Sequence record: PP724615.1
Direction: 5' to 3' (one strand)
Source: Escherichia phage HK6
DNA length: 64,000 nt
The notes under the pieces are model-generated. The model searched no databases and was not told where the DNA came from. It was given only the letters and a program-made list of their open reading frames with translations. The translations under genes and the position numbers were made by a program. Shown one piece after another: positions 16,426 through 23,784 of the stretch; within the stretch, counting starts at the first letter, position 1, and the number at the start of each line of letters is the position of its first letter.

Positions 16426-16451
16426 AACCGAGTCATTTTGGCTCGGTTTTA
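16426..16451 (+). terminator. terminator closing the Sir2/HAD operon
   Basis: AACCGAG/CTCGGTT stem then TTTTA. Confidence 0.75.
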
Positions 16452-16494
16452 TCCGTACTCAAGACCAATGATAGCACCATCCGGAAAATTTTAC

Positions 16495-16523
16495 TTGCAG
16501 GATGCCCAAAATCTTGATATAAT
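16495..16523 (+). promoter_or_regulatory. sigma70 promoter TTGCAG-17-TATAAT (extended TG)
   Basis: -35 16495..16500, -10 16518..16523. Confidence 0.7.
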
Positions 16524-16555
16524 ATTTATATTGAATTGAGAGACATTAGTAAAAA

Positions 16556-16585
16556 TTGATTTTGCTAATTTTTCTTGTTTACAAT
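16556..16585 (+). promoter_or_regulatory. sigma70-like promoter TTGATT-18-TACAAT
   Basis: -35 16556..16561, -10 16580..16585, A-tract upstream. Confidence 0.5.
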
Positions 16586-17021
16586 CCGCGATACGGAACA
16601 GTTAGGCTGCCCCATTAAGGGTTGTTTTAACTGTTACGTGTTAGTTTTTAAACAAATAGTTAATAGAATACTTAGCGATCTACATCCCGTAGGAACCCTG
16701 GTAAGGCCTCGAAGCAACCTAGTGTGAGGTGGTTGTGAAGTGAGACGGGAAGAGTGAAAAACTCTGAGAAGTGATGACGTAAGGTATACTGCATCTAGTA
16801 TGAGCTAGTACATGAAGCATTAGGTGAGCAAATCTGGCTTAGCGGCCATCCTCAAGGATTTGTGCGGTATAGTGAAGCGGCAGTGTAGCGTGAAAGGGGA
16901 AGTTGCCACCCCCCTTCAGTATTTGCGATTAATTGTTGAGAAATTGACAGTAACAGTTGTTCTATTCTTTCTGAATAGTCCTAAAGAAAACTTATTTCAT
17001 TTCCAACACAGGAGTATTGTT
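16586..17021 (+). other. long untranslated, locally structured, G-rich region (candidate ncRNA / regulatory leader / origin)
   Basis: stops in all three forward frames up to 16823, no reverse ORF, about 50% G+C in 16681..16920 by my count, multiple hairpins. Confidence 0.4.
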
Positions 17022-19811
17022 GTGTTCTCAATCCTACAAGGTCATGCAGGATTTCATCGCGACTTAGCCACAGGCATTTGGCGAGAAGTTAAAGCAGAAG
17101 ACTATCTTTTTGCTAAAAGATTTTCCTCAAAGCATCCTGAAGGTAAACCAGCTTCAATGCCCTTCAAGTTTGATGTAATTGATGAAGTTGATCCTCAAAC
17201 CCTAGTAGAAATGCTCCCTCTTATGAGACGTTTAACGTCTGACCCTCATATCGTTGCGGTACGAGGTCGATGTCTTGCACCCAAAAATAACGTGCGGCGT
17301 AAGAAGGGCAACTTTAATGTATCTAACCCAAGTCATATAATTGCATTGGACGTGGATGGTATTGTAGATACAGGTGGTTGTAACAAGTTTGATCTTGTTG
17401 GCATGGCTCGACATATTATTAGGATGTTAAATAGTATTAGTGAGGATATGTTTCCTCTTGATGCAGGGTTTATTGCTCATGCATCGTCTTCGGCTGGGCT
17501 AAAACCAGGTATCCGAATGCACTTAATACTAGAATCTAATGTTAAAGTAACTCAGGGTCAAATCAAATTCTTATTTACATCTATCAACGAAAGTAGTAGA
17601 CAAAAGTATGGCTTTGATATTGCCGACTTAGCTTATTACTCTTCCGTACAGCTCCATTATTTTGCAGATCCGTTATTTACCGATGGTATAGTAGATCCGT
17701 TTAAAGCGGAGGGTGCCTCACGTCTGGTATTTGTTAAGGGTTCTAAAGTAAATTTACCTAATAATCTGGTTGACTATGAAACAACTAGAGGTGAGTTTAA
17801 AGAGGAGTTCTACTCTTTACTCGACCAAATTAAGGGTAAAAAAGCTGCCTCTGATAAAGTAGAGGAAACTATCAGCGAACTAGAAGAAGCTGAGGATGGA
17901 GTGTACCTACGTATTATACCTAAACTCTATCATAGAGCTTTGGAGGATGGTGTTGATTTTGCATGGCTAGAAAAAGAAATCCGTCCAGCCTTATCAGAAT
18001 ATATTGCAACTAAAGATAATAGTCGCAATATTCAAGATTACTTTAATAACGGTCGTAAGCAGGCTCTAAAAGCATTTGTTAATAATTCTAAACGTGATAT
18101 ACCTGATGTTTTAAAAGGTATTCCACTTAAAAAGCTAGAAACTAACTCTCTAGAAACTGATAACTTCTTGAAATTAAATACTGTACCACCAGAAGGTTAT
18201 ATGACTTTTGTAAAAGCAAGTCTAGGTACAGGTAAAACTACGGCGGTTGTGCGTTGGTTAGATTCAGGAGTTATTAAAGGTAATTTCTTAGCAATTACCA
18301 ATACTCGAGCACTGGTATCTTCAAATGCTAAGAAATTTAGTGCAGGACAATATGATAAGTCTGTAGATATGCTTAATTTTAAGCGTGGCGCTATTGACCG
18401 TATGTCCACAACTATACATTCTTTGCATAAGTTCAAGAGTTTTATTGGTCAAATTGATGCAATCTTTATCGATGAATGTGATGCTGTAATGAATGACCTA
18501 TTATTCGCCCCGGTTGTTAAACAACGTCGTGAATGTATTCAGGTTCTTCGGGATATTCTTGCAACTGCAAAAATCATTATATTATCTGATGGGGATATTA
18601 GTGCAGAAACAATTGAAGCATACGGTTCTTTGATTGAGTTTGATAAACCAGTAGCATTTTATAATCATCACCGTAAGATGCTGTCAAAAGCTCATGCTTA
18701 TGAGTTCCCTGACGAATCCAGTATTTGGGTTGCACTTCAGACTTCTCTAGAGATGGGTGAGAAATCTATCCTAGTATCTGACTGTGGTCCAGATGAACTG
18801 AATGAGAAGGGCATGGCGTTGCGTCGTAATACGGGTGCGTTAGTTAAGGAAATCCACTCAAACTCTACGTCTGATGTAGATATTCGACGTATTCTGGATT
18901 ACACAACTAATGAGTTAATTGACCAACAAATTGATTGCTTATTATGTAGCCCATCCGTAACGAGCGGTGTTGACTTTAACTATTTTGATAACGTATTCGT
19001 TATTACTAGGACCAGTAACCAAGCGCCAAACATGCGTTTTCAAGCAATCAGGCGCGACCGTGGCGCTCAGAACATTTATTATTTTATTGATAAATCTACG
19101 AGTGGATTCTCCGCAGGTTCTGAGCAATATAACATTGACGAGGGTTGGCTGGAGTTAGCACAGCAATTATACGCACGTCGCAGAGAGCTGGAATCTAGGA
19201 ACTATACTAGTACTTTACGTTACTATTTGCTTGATCAGGGTGCAACTATTGATATTTTCAGTGAAAGCTGGGGAACTATCGAAGGTGCGGGGAAAGAATA
19301 TACAGAAGAGCGAATCAAAGCCATTTTGTATTCAACCCCTGATTATTGTGCTCCACGCCATGCAGATGCGTATGAAGCTAAACTACTTCTTGTACGCTAT
19401 TATCATCTTGAGTCTATTAAAGATGTAACAGTTGAGCATGTTGAACAATATATCAAGGATAAACCGAATGATCGAGCTGCATTCTTCCATAAGATGCACG
19501 AGATGTTCTGGGAAGATATTAAGAAGTGTTCAAATGTCACTATCAAACCATTCATAGAAGCTCTGAAAGGTAAGAAGAAAGATTTCTTCCTTAAAACAGG
19601 TCAGAGTGCTAACCCAAAATATGCAAGAATGTATCTTGGTATGATGGGTATTGGTAAGGATATGAACACGGAGAATATTGTAGACTGGTACAGAACCTAT
19701 TGTAAAATCGAGTGTATGCCAATCCCATATAAGTTTATGACTGATGAGGAGAAACATATGCATGATGAAGCAATGGCAGAGCTAGGTGCTAGAAATGACA
19801 GTGAAGAATAA
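17022..19811 (+). CDS. replication initiator-type helicase (T5 'replication origin binding protein' position), 929 aa from GTG 17022
   Basis: Walker A SLGTGKTT (18225..18239), DExD-like FIDECD, C-terminal helicase motifs; AGGAG 7 nt before GTG 17022. Confidence 0.8.
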   Translation: MFSILQGHAGFHRDLATGIWREVKAEDYLFAKRFSSKHPEGKPASMPFKFDVIDEVDPQTLVEMLPLMRRLTSDPHIVAVRGRCLAPKNNVRRKKGNFNVSNPSHIIALDVDGIVDTGGCNKFDLVGMARHIIRMLNSISEDMFPLDAGFIAHASSSAGLKPGIRMHLILESNVKVTQGQIKFLFTSINESSRQKYGFDIADLAYYSSVQLHYFADPLFTDGIVDPFKAEGASRLVFVKGSKVNLPNNLVDYETTRGEFKEEFYSLLDQIKGKKAASDKVEETISELEEAEDGVYLRIIPKLYHRALEDGVDFAWLEKEIRPALSEYIATKDNSRNIQDYFNNGRKQALKAFVNNSKRDIPDVLKGIPLKKLETNSLETDNFLKLNTVPPEGYMTFVKASLGTGKTTAVVRWLDSGVIKGNFLAITNTRALVSSNAKKFSAGQYDKSVDMLNFKRGAIDRMSTTIHSLHKFKSFIGQIDAIFIDECDAVMNDLLFAPVVKQRRECIQVLRDILATAKIIILSDGDISAETIEAYGSLIEFDKPVAFYNHHRKMLSKAHAYEFPDESSIWVALQTSLEMGEKSILVSDCGPDELNEKGMALRRNTGALVKEIHSNSTSDVDIRRILDYTTNELIDQQIDCLLCSPSVTSGVDFNYFDNVFVITRTSNQAPNMRFQAIRRDRGAQNIYYFIDKSTSGFSAGSEQYNIDEGWLELAQQLYARRRELESRNYTSTLRYYLLDQGATIDIFSESWGTIEGAGKEYTEERIKAILYSTPDYCAPRHADAYEAKLLLVRYYHLESIKDVTVEHVEQYIKDKPNDRAAFFHKMHEMFWEDIKKCSNVTIKPFIEALKGKKKDFFLKTGQSANPKYARMYLGMMGIGKDMNTENIVDWYRTYCKIECMPIPYKFMTDEEKHMHDEAMAELGARNDSEE

Positions 19812-20028
19812 AAAATGGGAAACAAGGAAGTTCCCAGTAAAAGAACGTAAAGTTCCTGTTTACGACACTTCGGAAAAGCTATGTAGGGTAGTACCGCATA
19901 GATTAGCTGGCATCCCTAACATATCCGAGTGGTTACTTAAACAACGGAAAACAAACGTGTCTCTTCGTATCGGCTTTGAGTTAGATAAAGTCTACGCTGA
20001 ACTTGCTTCTTTGCTCAAGGAATCGTAA
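19795..20028 (+). CDS. hypothetical protein, 77 aa
   Basis: AGGTG 6 nt before ATG 19795; overlaps helicase stop. Confidence 0.45.
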   Translation: MTVKNKKWETRKFPVKERKVPVYDTSEKLCRVVPHRLAGIPNISEWLLKQRKTNVSLRIGFELDKVYAELASLLKES

Positions 20029-20046
20029 AAATTTATTTGCTTTCAG

Positions 20047-20075
20047 GAAAATTTTTCTGTATAATAGATTCATAA
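20047..20075 (+). promoter_or_regulatory. T5 early promoter PN25 (TTGCTT-17-TATAAT)
   Basis: AAAAATTTATTTGCTTTCAGGAAAATTTTTCTGTATAATAGATTCATAAATTTGAGAGAGGAG is the PN25 sequence as I remember it. Confidence 0.9.
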
Positions 20076-20096
20076 ATTTGAGAGAGGAGTTTAAAT

Positions 20097-20801
20097 ATGG
20101 CTGGTTCTCGCAGAAAGAAACATATCCATGAAATCCCGGATGAAGTCTTTAAAAAGGTTATAGAGCATCTGGAGAACGGTGGTACTAAGAAAGCAGCATG
20201 TGAAATGCTCGGCGTATCATCCAATCCAACTATGGAAAGGATGATTGAAGAATGGCAAGACCGCCAGATTCAAGTTGCCGAAATGAAGAAAAAGAAACGT
20301 GGTACACTCATTGAAGGCATTGAGTTAGCTAACGTTATTGAGCAGTATTTATCTGGTGATTCTTTTGAAGAAATTGCCGATCGTAATTATCGCTCTGTAG
20401 CAATGGTCAAATCAGTTTTGGAACGCTATGGTGCTTTACTTCGTTTGAACGATATTGTAGACCCATTGAATCCTCCAATTATTCCTGATGATGCTGTAGC
20501 AGAAGAATTTGCAGTTGGTGAGCTTGTTTGGGTTCCTGGATACCAGTGTATAGGCGAAATCAAAAAGGCAATGGATAATCCTGTAGGTTGCTACCGTGTA
20601 TGGCTTCTATCGGAAGGCAAACAACAGAACGTCCATTATATGAATTACGAGCTGGCCTCTGTTAAACATCTGGAAAAATTAGGGGTTGACGTAAAATCTC
20701 TAGGGTACAAGTGGACTCGTGAAGAAGTAATTTCATTAATTAATGAAGCTGTTAAGGCTGCCTTGAAACTTGATAAAGAAAAAGGAAAACGCCGTGAGTA
20801 G
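20097..20801 (+). CDS. HTH-containing early protein, 234 aa
   Basis: first gene behind promoter PN25; two HTH-like segments (KKAACEMLGVSSNPTMERMI, SFEEIADRNYRSVAMVKSVLERYG). Confidence 0.65.
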   Translation: MAGSRRKKHIHEIPDEVFKKVIEHLENGGTKKAACEMLGVSSNPTMERMIEEWQDRQIQVAEMKKKKRGTLIEGIELANVIEQYLSGDSFEEIADRNYRSVAMVKSVLERYGALLRLNDIVDPLNPPIIPDDAVAEEFAVGELVWVPGYQCIGEIKKAMDNPVGCYRVWLLSEGKQQNVHYMNYELASVKHLEKLGVDVKSLGYKWTREEVISLINEAVKAALKLDKEKGKRRE

Positions 20802-21045
20802 GCTAACTGATTTGCTTAAAGATGGGGAAGTAAAAACTCTCTATCGTAGAAGCTGGGATAATGATAATAATGGCTTAGTATTACTAACTCTAGATGCTGA
20901 CTCAGATGTAGTTACCCAACATACCTGGGTAGCTGGTAATTATCCCTATAGTGAGGTTGTTACGTTAACAGTATGCGAAGCTATTGCCGACGATTGGGAG
21001 GTTGCCAGCATCGATGATATGCTCGCTGTTGGCCTGGTGGAGTAA
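20794..21045 (+). CDS. hypothetical protein, 83 aa from GTG 20794
   Basis: AAGGAA 6 nt before GTG; the TTG at 20770 has no RBS. Confidence 0.45.
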   Translation: MSRLTDLLKDGEVKTLYRRSWDNDNNGLVLLTLDADSDVVTQHTWVAGNYPYSEVVTLTVCEAIADDWEVASIDDMLAVGLVE

Positions 21046-21062
21046 CTACAGAAAAATTTCAG

Positions 21063-21091
21063 TTGCTTAATCCTATAATTCTTGATATAAT
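21063..21091 (+). promoter_or_regulatory. sigma70 early promoter TTGCTT-17-TATAAT
   Basis: -35 21063..21068, -10 21086..21091. Confidence 0.75.
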
Positions 21092-21148
21092 ATTCTCATA
21101 GTTTGAAAGAACTATTCTGTTTAATTCTTAATTAAGGAAATATAAAAT

Positions 21149-21559
21149 ATGACTACTCCAACTCAGTGGACTGATGAACTGTTCGAAAAAATGTCTTCCG
21201 AATACGTTGCTCGCATGGAGCAATTTCCAGAGGATGAACGTCCGGGTGTTAGCATGGAAATTGTTAGCGAAATTGCCCAGGAAAATGGTGTAACTCCGAA
21301 TGGTTTTCGTATGAAGCTAACTAAAGCAGGTGTGTATATCAAGAAAGCTGCTGGCTCCGCTTCTAAATCTAGCGCATCTACTGGAGAAAAAGCTTCTGGT
21401 GGTTCTCGTACTTCTAAAGCCCAAGCTCATGCCGACCTTCGTTCAGCATTCTCTGATGCTGGCCTAGCACCAGATTTTCTGGATGATGCAATTATCGACA
21501 AACTGACCGGTAAAGCGGCTGCTCATCTGGCAGAAGCAATCCGAGCTATCACTAAGTAA
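21149..21559 (+). CDS. hypothetical protein with D5-like HTH module, 136 aa
   Basis: TAAGGAAA RBS, own promoter 21063..21091; EIVSEIAQENGVTPNGFRMKLTKAG resembles the repeat unit of 24557..25324. Confidence 0.6.
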   Translation: MTTPTQWTDELFEKMSSEYVARMEQFPEDERPGVSMEIVSEIAQENGVTPNGFRMKLTKAGVYIKKAAGSASKSSASTGEKASGGSRTSKAQAHADLRSAFSDAGLAPDFLDDAIIDKLTGKAAAHLAEAIRAITK

Positions 21560-21595
21560 TTTTTAGATAAATCCACCAACAAAAGGAACACAGTT

Positions 21596-21892
21596 ATGAC
21601 CAAAGCTGAAATTATCGCACAATGTGAAAAATTTGGTGAGTTTTATCTTCATTACGAAAAACTTCGTCAGAAAGGAACCACGTACCTTCAGGGTACGATG
21701 GAATTTGATCCAGCTCAAGATAAATATCTGGCTGAGCGTATTAAACGTGAACGTATTCGTAAAGCGAAAGATGATGAGATCCTTGTCTTCTCTCGTACTA
21801 ATGATAGCTTCCGTTTTATTCCTGTCGAGAAAGTCCGTCGTGTGACTAGCCTCCAATCAGAGTTAGATCGTGCTTCTCCAGTAGGCCGATAA
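21596..21892 (+). CDS. hypothetical protein, 98 aa
   Basis: AAAGGAA RBS, followed by strong terminator 21903..21924; overlapping alternative ORFs lack signals. Confidence 0.6.
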   Translation: MTKAEIIAQCEKFGEFYLHYEKLRQKGTTYLQGTMEFDPAQDKYLAERIKRERIRKAKDDEILVFSRTNDSFRFIPVEKVRRVTSLQSELDRASPVGR

Positions 21893-21902
21893 GAAACCAA
21901 TT

Positions 21903-21924
21903 AGCCCCTATATGGGGCTTTTTG
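21903..21924 (+). terminator. terminator AGCCCC-TATAT-GGGGCT + TTTTT
   Basis: read directly. Confidence 0.85.
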
Positions 21925-21942
21925 TGTATTTGGGATATGTAA

Positions 21943-22251
21943 ATGAGCGAACAGGTAAATCAAAACTATGAAGGACACGTTGATGACCAGTCCATCATAC
22001 TCTGGGAGAAGGAGGGAGAACAAGTAAGATTAACAGTATCTGAATTTCGTGGGAATCTATACATGGGTATTCGTTACTGGCTTCTTGATATTAATGATGA
22101 ATGGTTTCCAACGAAATCTGGCTTCTCTTTTCCTTACACCCTAGAAACAACATCACAGCTTTTCTATGCGTTTACACAGATTCTTAGCGAATCTGAGGTT
22201 TTACATGAGGTACAGAAACGAGCTGAAGAACTCAAAGCCAAGAATGCCTAG
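21943..22251 (+). CDS. PC4-like ssDNA-binding protein, 102 aa
   Basis: VRLTVSEFRGNLYMGIRYW...PTKSGFSF matches the PC4/YdbC pattern; a PC4 homologue is described for T5. Confidence 0.7.
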   Translation: MSEQVNQNYEGHVDDQSIILWEKEGEQVRLTVSEFRGNLYMGIRYWLLDINDEWFPTKSGFSFPYTLETTSQLFYAFTQILSESEVLHEVQKRAEELKAKNA

Positions 22252-22266
22252 TTCTTGGCTTTTTCT
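22236..22266 (+). terminator. terminator AGCCAAGAA/TTCTTGGCT + TTTTTC, stop codon in loop
   Basis: 9-bp stem. Confidence 0.85.
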
Positions 22267-22278
22267 TTATAAATGTAT

Positions 22279-22307
22279 TTGCTTTCAACTCAGTTTTGTT
22301 ATATAAT
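22279..22307 (+). promoter_or_regulatory. sigma70 early promoter TTGCTT-17-TATAAT
   Basis: -35 22279..22284, -10 22302..22307. Confidence 0.75.
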
Positions 22308-22337
22308 ATTTATATAAATTAATGAGAGGGTTGCAAA

Positions 22338-22610
22338 GTGAAAAAGATAAATATAAGTACACTTAAACCTTTCCCATATATCGGACAGCCTCTTATACTT
22401 ATGTGGGAGGAGAAGATTAATGGAGAAAAGTATACTAAAATTAGAAGTGGGTATAAGCTGATTTCACTTCATTACGAAAAAGAAGTATTAACAGCTGAAA
22501 TATACTCTCCATTATCAGATAGGCTAGTAAAAACCACGTATTTGCATCTCTGCAAAAATTTTACATGGCACGGATCCACTAGACAGCCCACGTACTATGA
22601 GGCAGAATAA
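22338..22610 (+). CDS. hypothetical protein, 90 aa (GTG start)
   Basis: GAGAGGG RBS behind promoter 22279..22307; stop abuts ligase start. Confidence 0.5.
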   Translation: MKKINISTLKPFPYIGQPLILMWEEKINGEKYTKIRSGYKLISLHYEKEVLTAEIYSPLSDRLVKTTYLHLCKNFTWHGSTRQPTYYEAE

Positions 22611-23582
22611 ATGACTAATGTAAAAGACTTTATTAAACGTTGCCAAGAAGCGTATTACCAGGGAATGTCTTTAATCTCTGACGAAGAATATGATCGTCTG
22701 ATTAAAAGATTTCCGTTAGAAGAAGAGATCGGGCCTAAGGGCGATATTCCACATCTGTATCGTATGTATTCTTTACAGAAAGTTTATTATAATCGTGGAG
22801 ATAAACCTCCATTTAACCCATTAGGTCAGGTAGAAACTGATAAGTTAGATGGTTGTGCGATTTCTCTGTTATATATTAATGGAGAATTTGTTCAAGCACT
22901 AACTCGTGGTAATGGTATTCTAGGGAATGATGTCACAAGCAACGTAAGATTGCTGAACATCCCTAAAAAGATTTCCCAAAAAGTACCTACTCAAATCACT
23001 GGTGAAGTTCTAATTACAAAAGAAGTAGAAAATAAACGTAACTTTGCCTCTGGTGCTATTAACCTCAAAGATAGTGATGATTTCGTACAACGTATCGGAG
23101 AAGGTGGTTTAATCTTCGTTGCATACGGTATCCAGTGTTCTGCTGAATCTGTAGGTATTACAGAAGCATATTTAAAAGATATGCTTTGGCTAGAGAATGA
23201 GGACTTCTTAACAGTTGTTAATGTGCGTTCCTTCTTTAAATGGATTCCGACGGACGGTAAAGTTGTTCGTATTAATGATAACAACAAATTCTTTCGTGAA
23301 GGCTGGACTAATAAATTTCCTCGTGGCGCATTCGCTATTAAAGAAGATGAAGAAGGCGAAATTACAACTCTTACTAAAGTTGAATGGCAGGTAGGGGCTT
23401 CTGGTAAAGTAACTCCAGTTGGTTATTTCGAACCGGTAATTATTGATGATGCTACAATTGTTAAGGCGACTCTTAATAACGTTGATTATATTAACTCTCT
23501 TGATCTAGAGATCGGTTGCCAGATTCGAGTAATTCGTGCTGGTGGTGTGATCCCGTGCATAGTAGAGCGAGTATACGATTAA
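22611..23582 (+). CDS. ligA: NAD-dependent DNA ligase, N-terminal subunit (Ia + adenylation + OB), 323 aa
   Basis: domain Ia YYQGMSLISDEEYDRL, adenylation lysine motif KLDGCA, OB-fold region; ends where the Zn finger of one-piece LigA begins. Confidence 0.9.
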   Translation: MTNVKDFIKRCQEAYYQGMSLISDEEYDRLIKRFPLEEEIGPKGDIPHLYRMYSLQKVYYNRGDKPPFNPLGQVETDKLDGCAISLLYINGEFVQALTRGNGILGNDVTSNVRLLNIPKKISQKVPTQITGEVLITKEVENKRNFASGAINLKDSDDFVQRIGEGGLIFVAYGIQCSAESVGITEAYLKDMLWLENEDFLTVVNVRSFFKWIPTDGKVVRINDNNKFFREGWTNKFPRGAFAIKEDEEGEITTLTKVEWQVGASGKVTPVGYFEPVIIDDATIVKATLNNVDYINSLDLEIGCQIRVIRAGGVIPCIVERVYD

Positions 23583-23632
23583 TACATAACCCTTTGCTAC
23601 CCATCTACCATATCGGAATTATAAAGTGGTTA

Positions 23633-23661
23633 TTGACATTTTCGCCGCTTAGGTATATACT
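23633..23661 (+). promoter_or_regulatory. sigma70 promoter TTGACA-17-TATACT (inside ligase split)
   Basis: -35 23633..23638, -10 23656..23661. Confidence 0.7.
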
Positions 23662-23725
23662 ATTATCATTCAGTTGAGGGATAGAAAGTTATGGCGAGGG
23701 TAAGCAAAGTTAGTTAAAATTGTAG

Positions 23726-23754
23726 TTGCTAAATGCTTAAATACTTGCTATAAT
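23726..23754 (+). promoter_or_regulatory. sigma70 early promoter TTGCTA-17-TATAAT (ligB)
   Basis: -35 23726..23731, -10 23749..23754. Confidence 0.75.
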
Positions 23755-23784
23755 ATTTATATAAATTGATAAGGAAGAAATTTG

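Noticed and set aside
16763-16778. CTGAGAAGTGATGA resembling a hammerhead ribozyme core (CUGANGA ... GAAA)
   Set aside because: The core positions do not fit: A replaces G8 in CTGAGAA, and G replaces C3 in GTGATGA. No three-stem junction can be drawn.
16861-16916. tRNA-like reading of GCGGTATAGTGAAGCGG...GGGGAAGTTGCCACCCC
   Set aside because: There is no TTCRA T-loop, no 7-bp acceptor stem, and the arm spacing is wrong.
16824-17021. 66-codon N-terminal extension of the helicase ORF (track start GTG 16824)
   Set aside because: There is no RBS at 16824, which follows a TAG directly. The stretch runs through hairpins and a pseudoknot-like element, whereas GTG 17022 has AGGAG at ideal spacing. 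Sixty-six stop-free codons is somewhat unusual, so N-terminal proteomics would settle it.
21563-21900. Three extra ORFs overlapping the 98-aa gene (21563..21856 minus, 21624..21845 plus, 21715..21900 minus)
   Set aside because: Only 21596..21892 has an RBS and fits the promoter/terminator framing.
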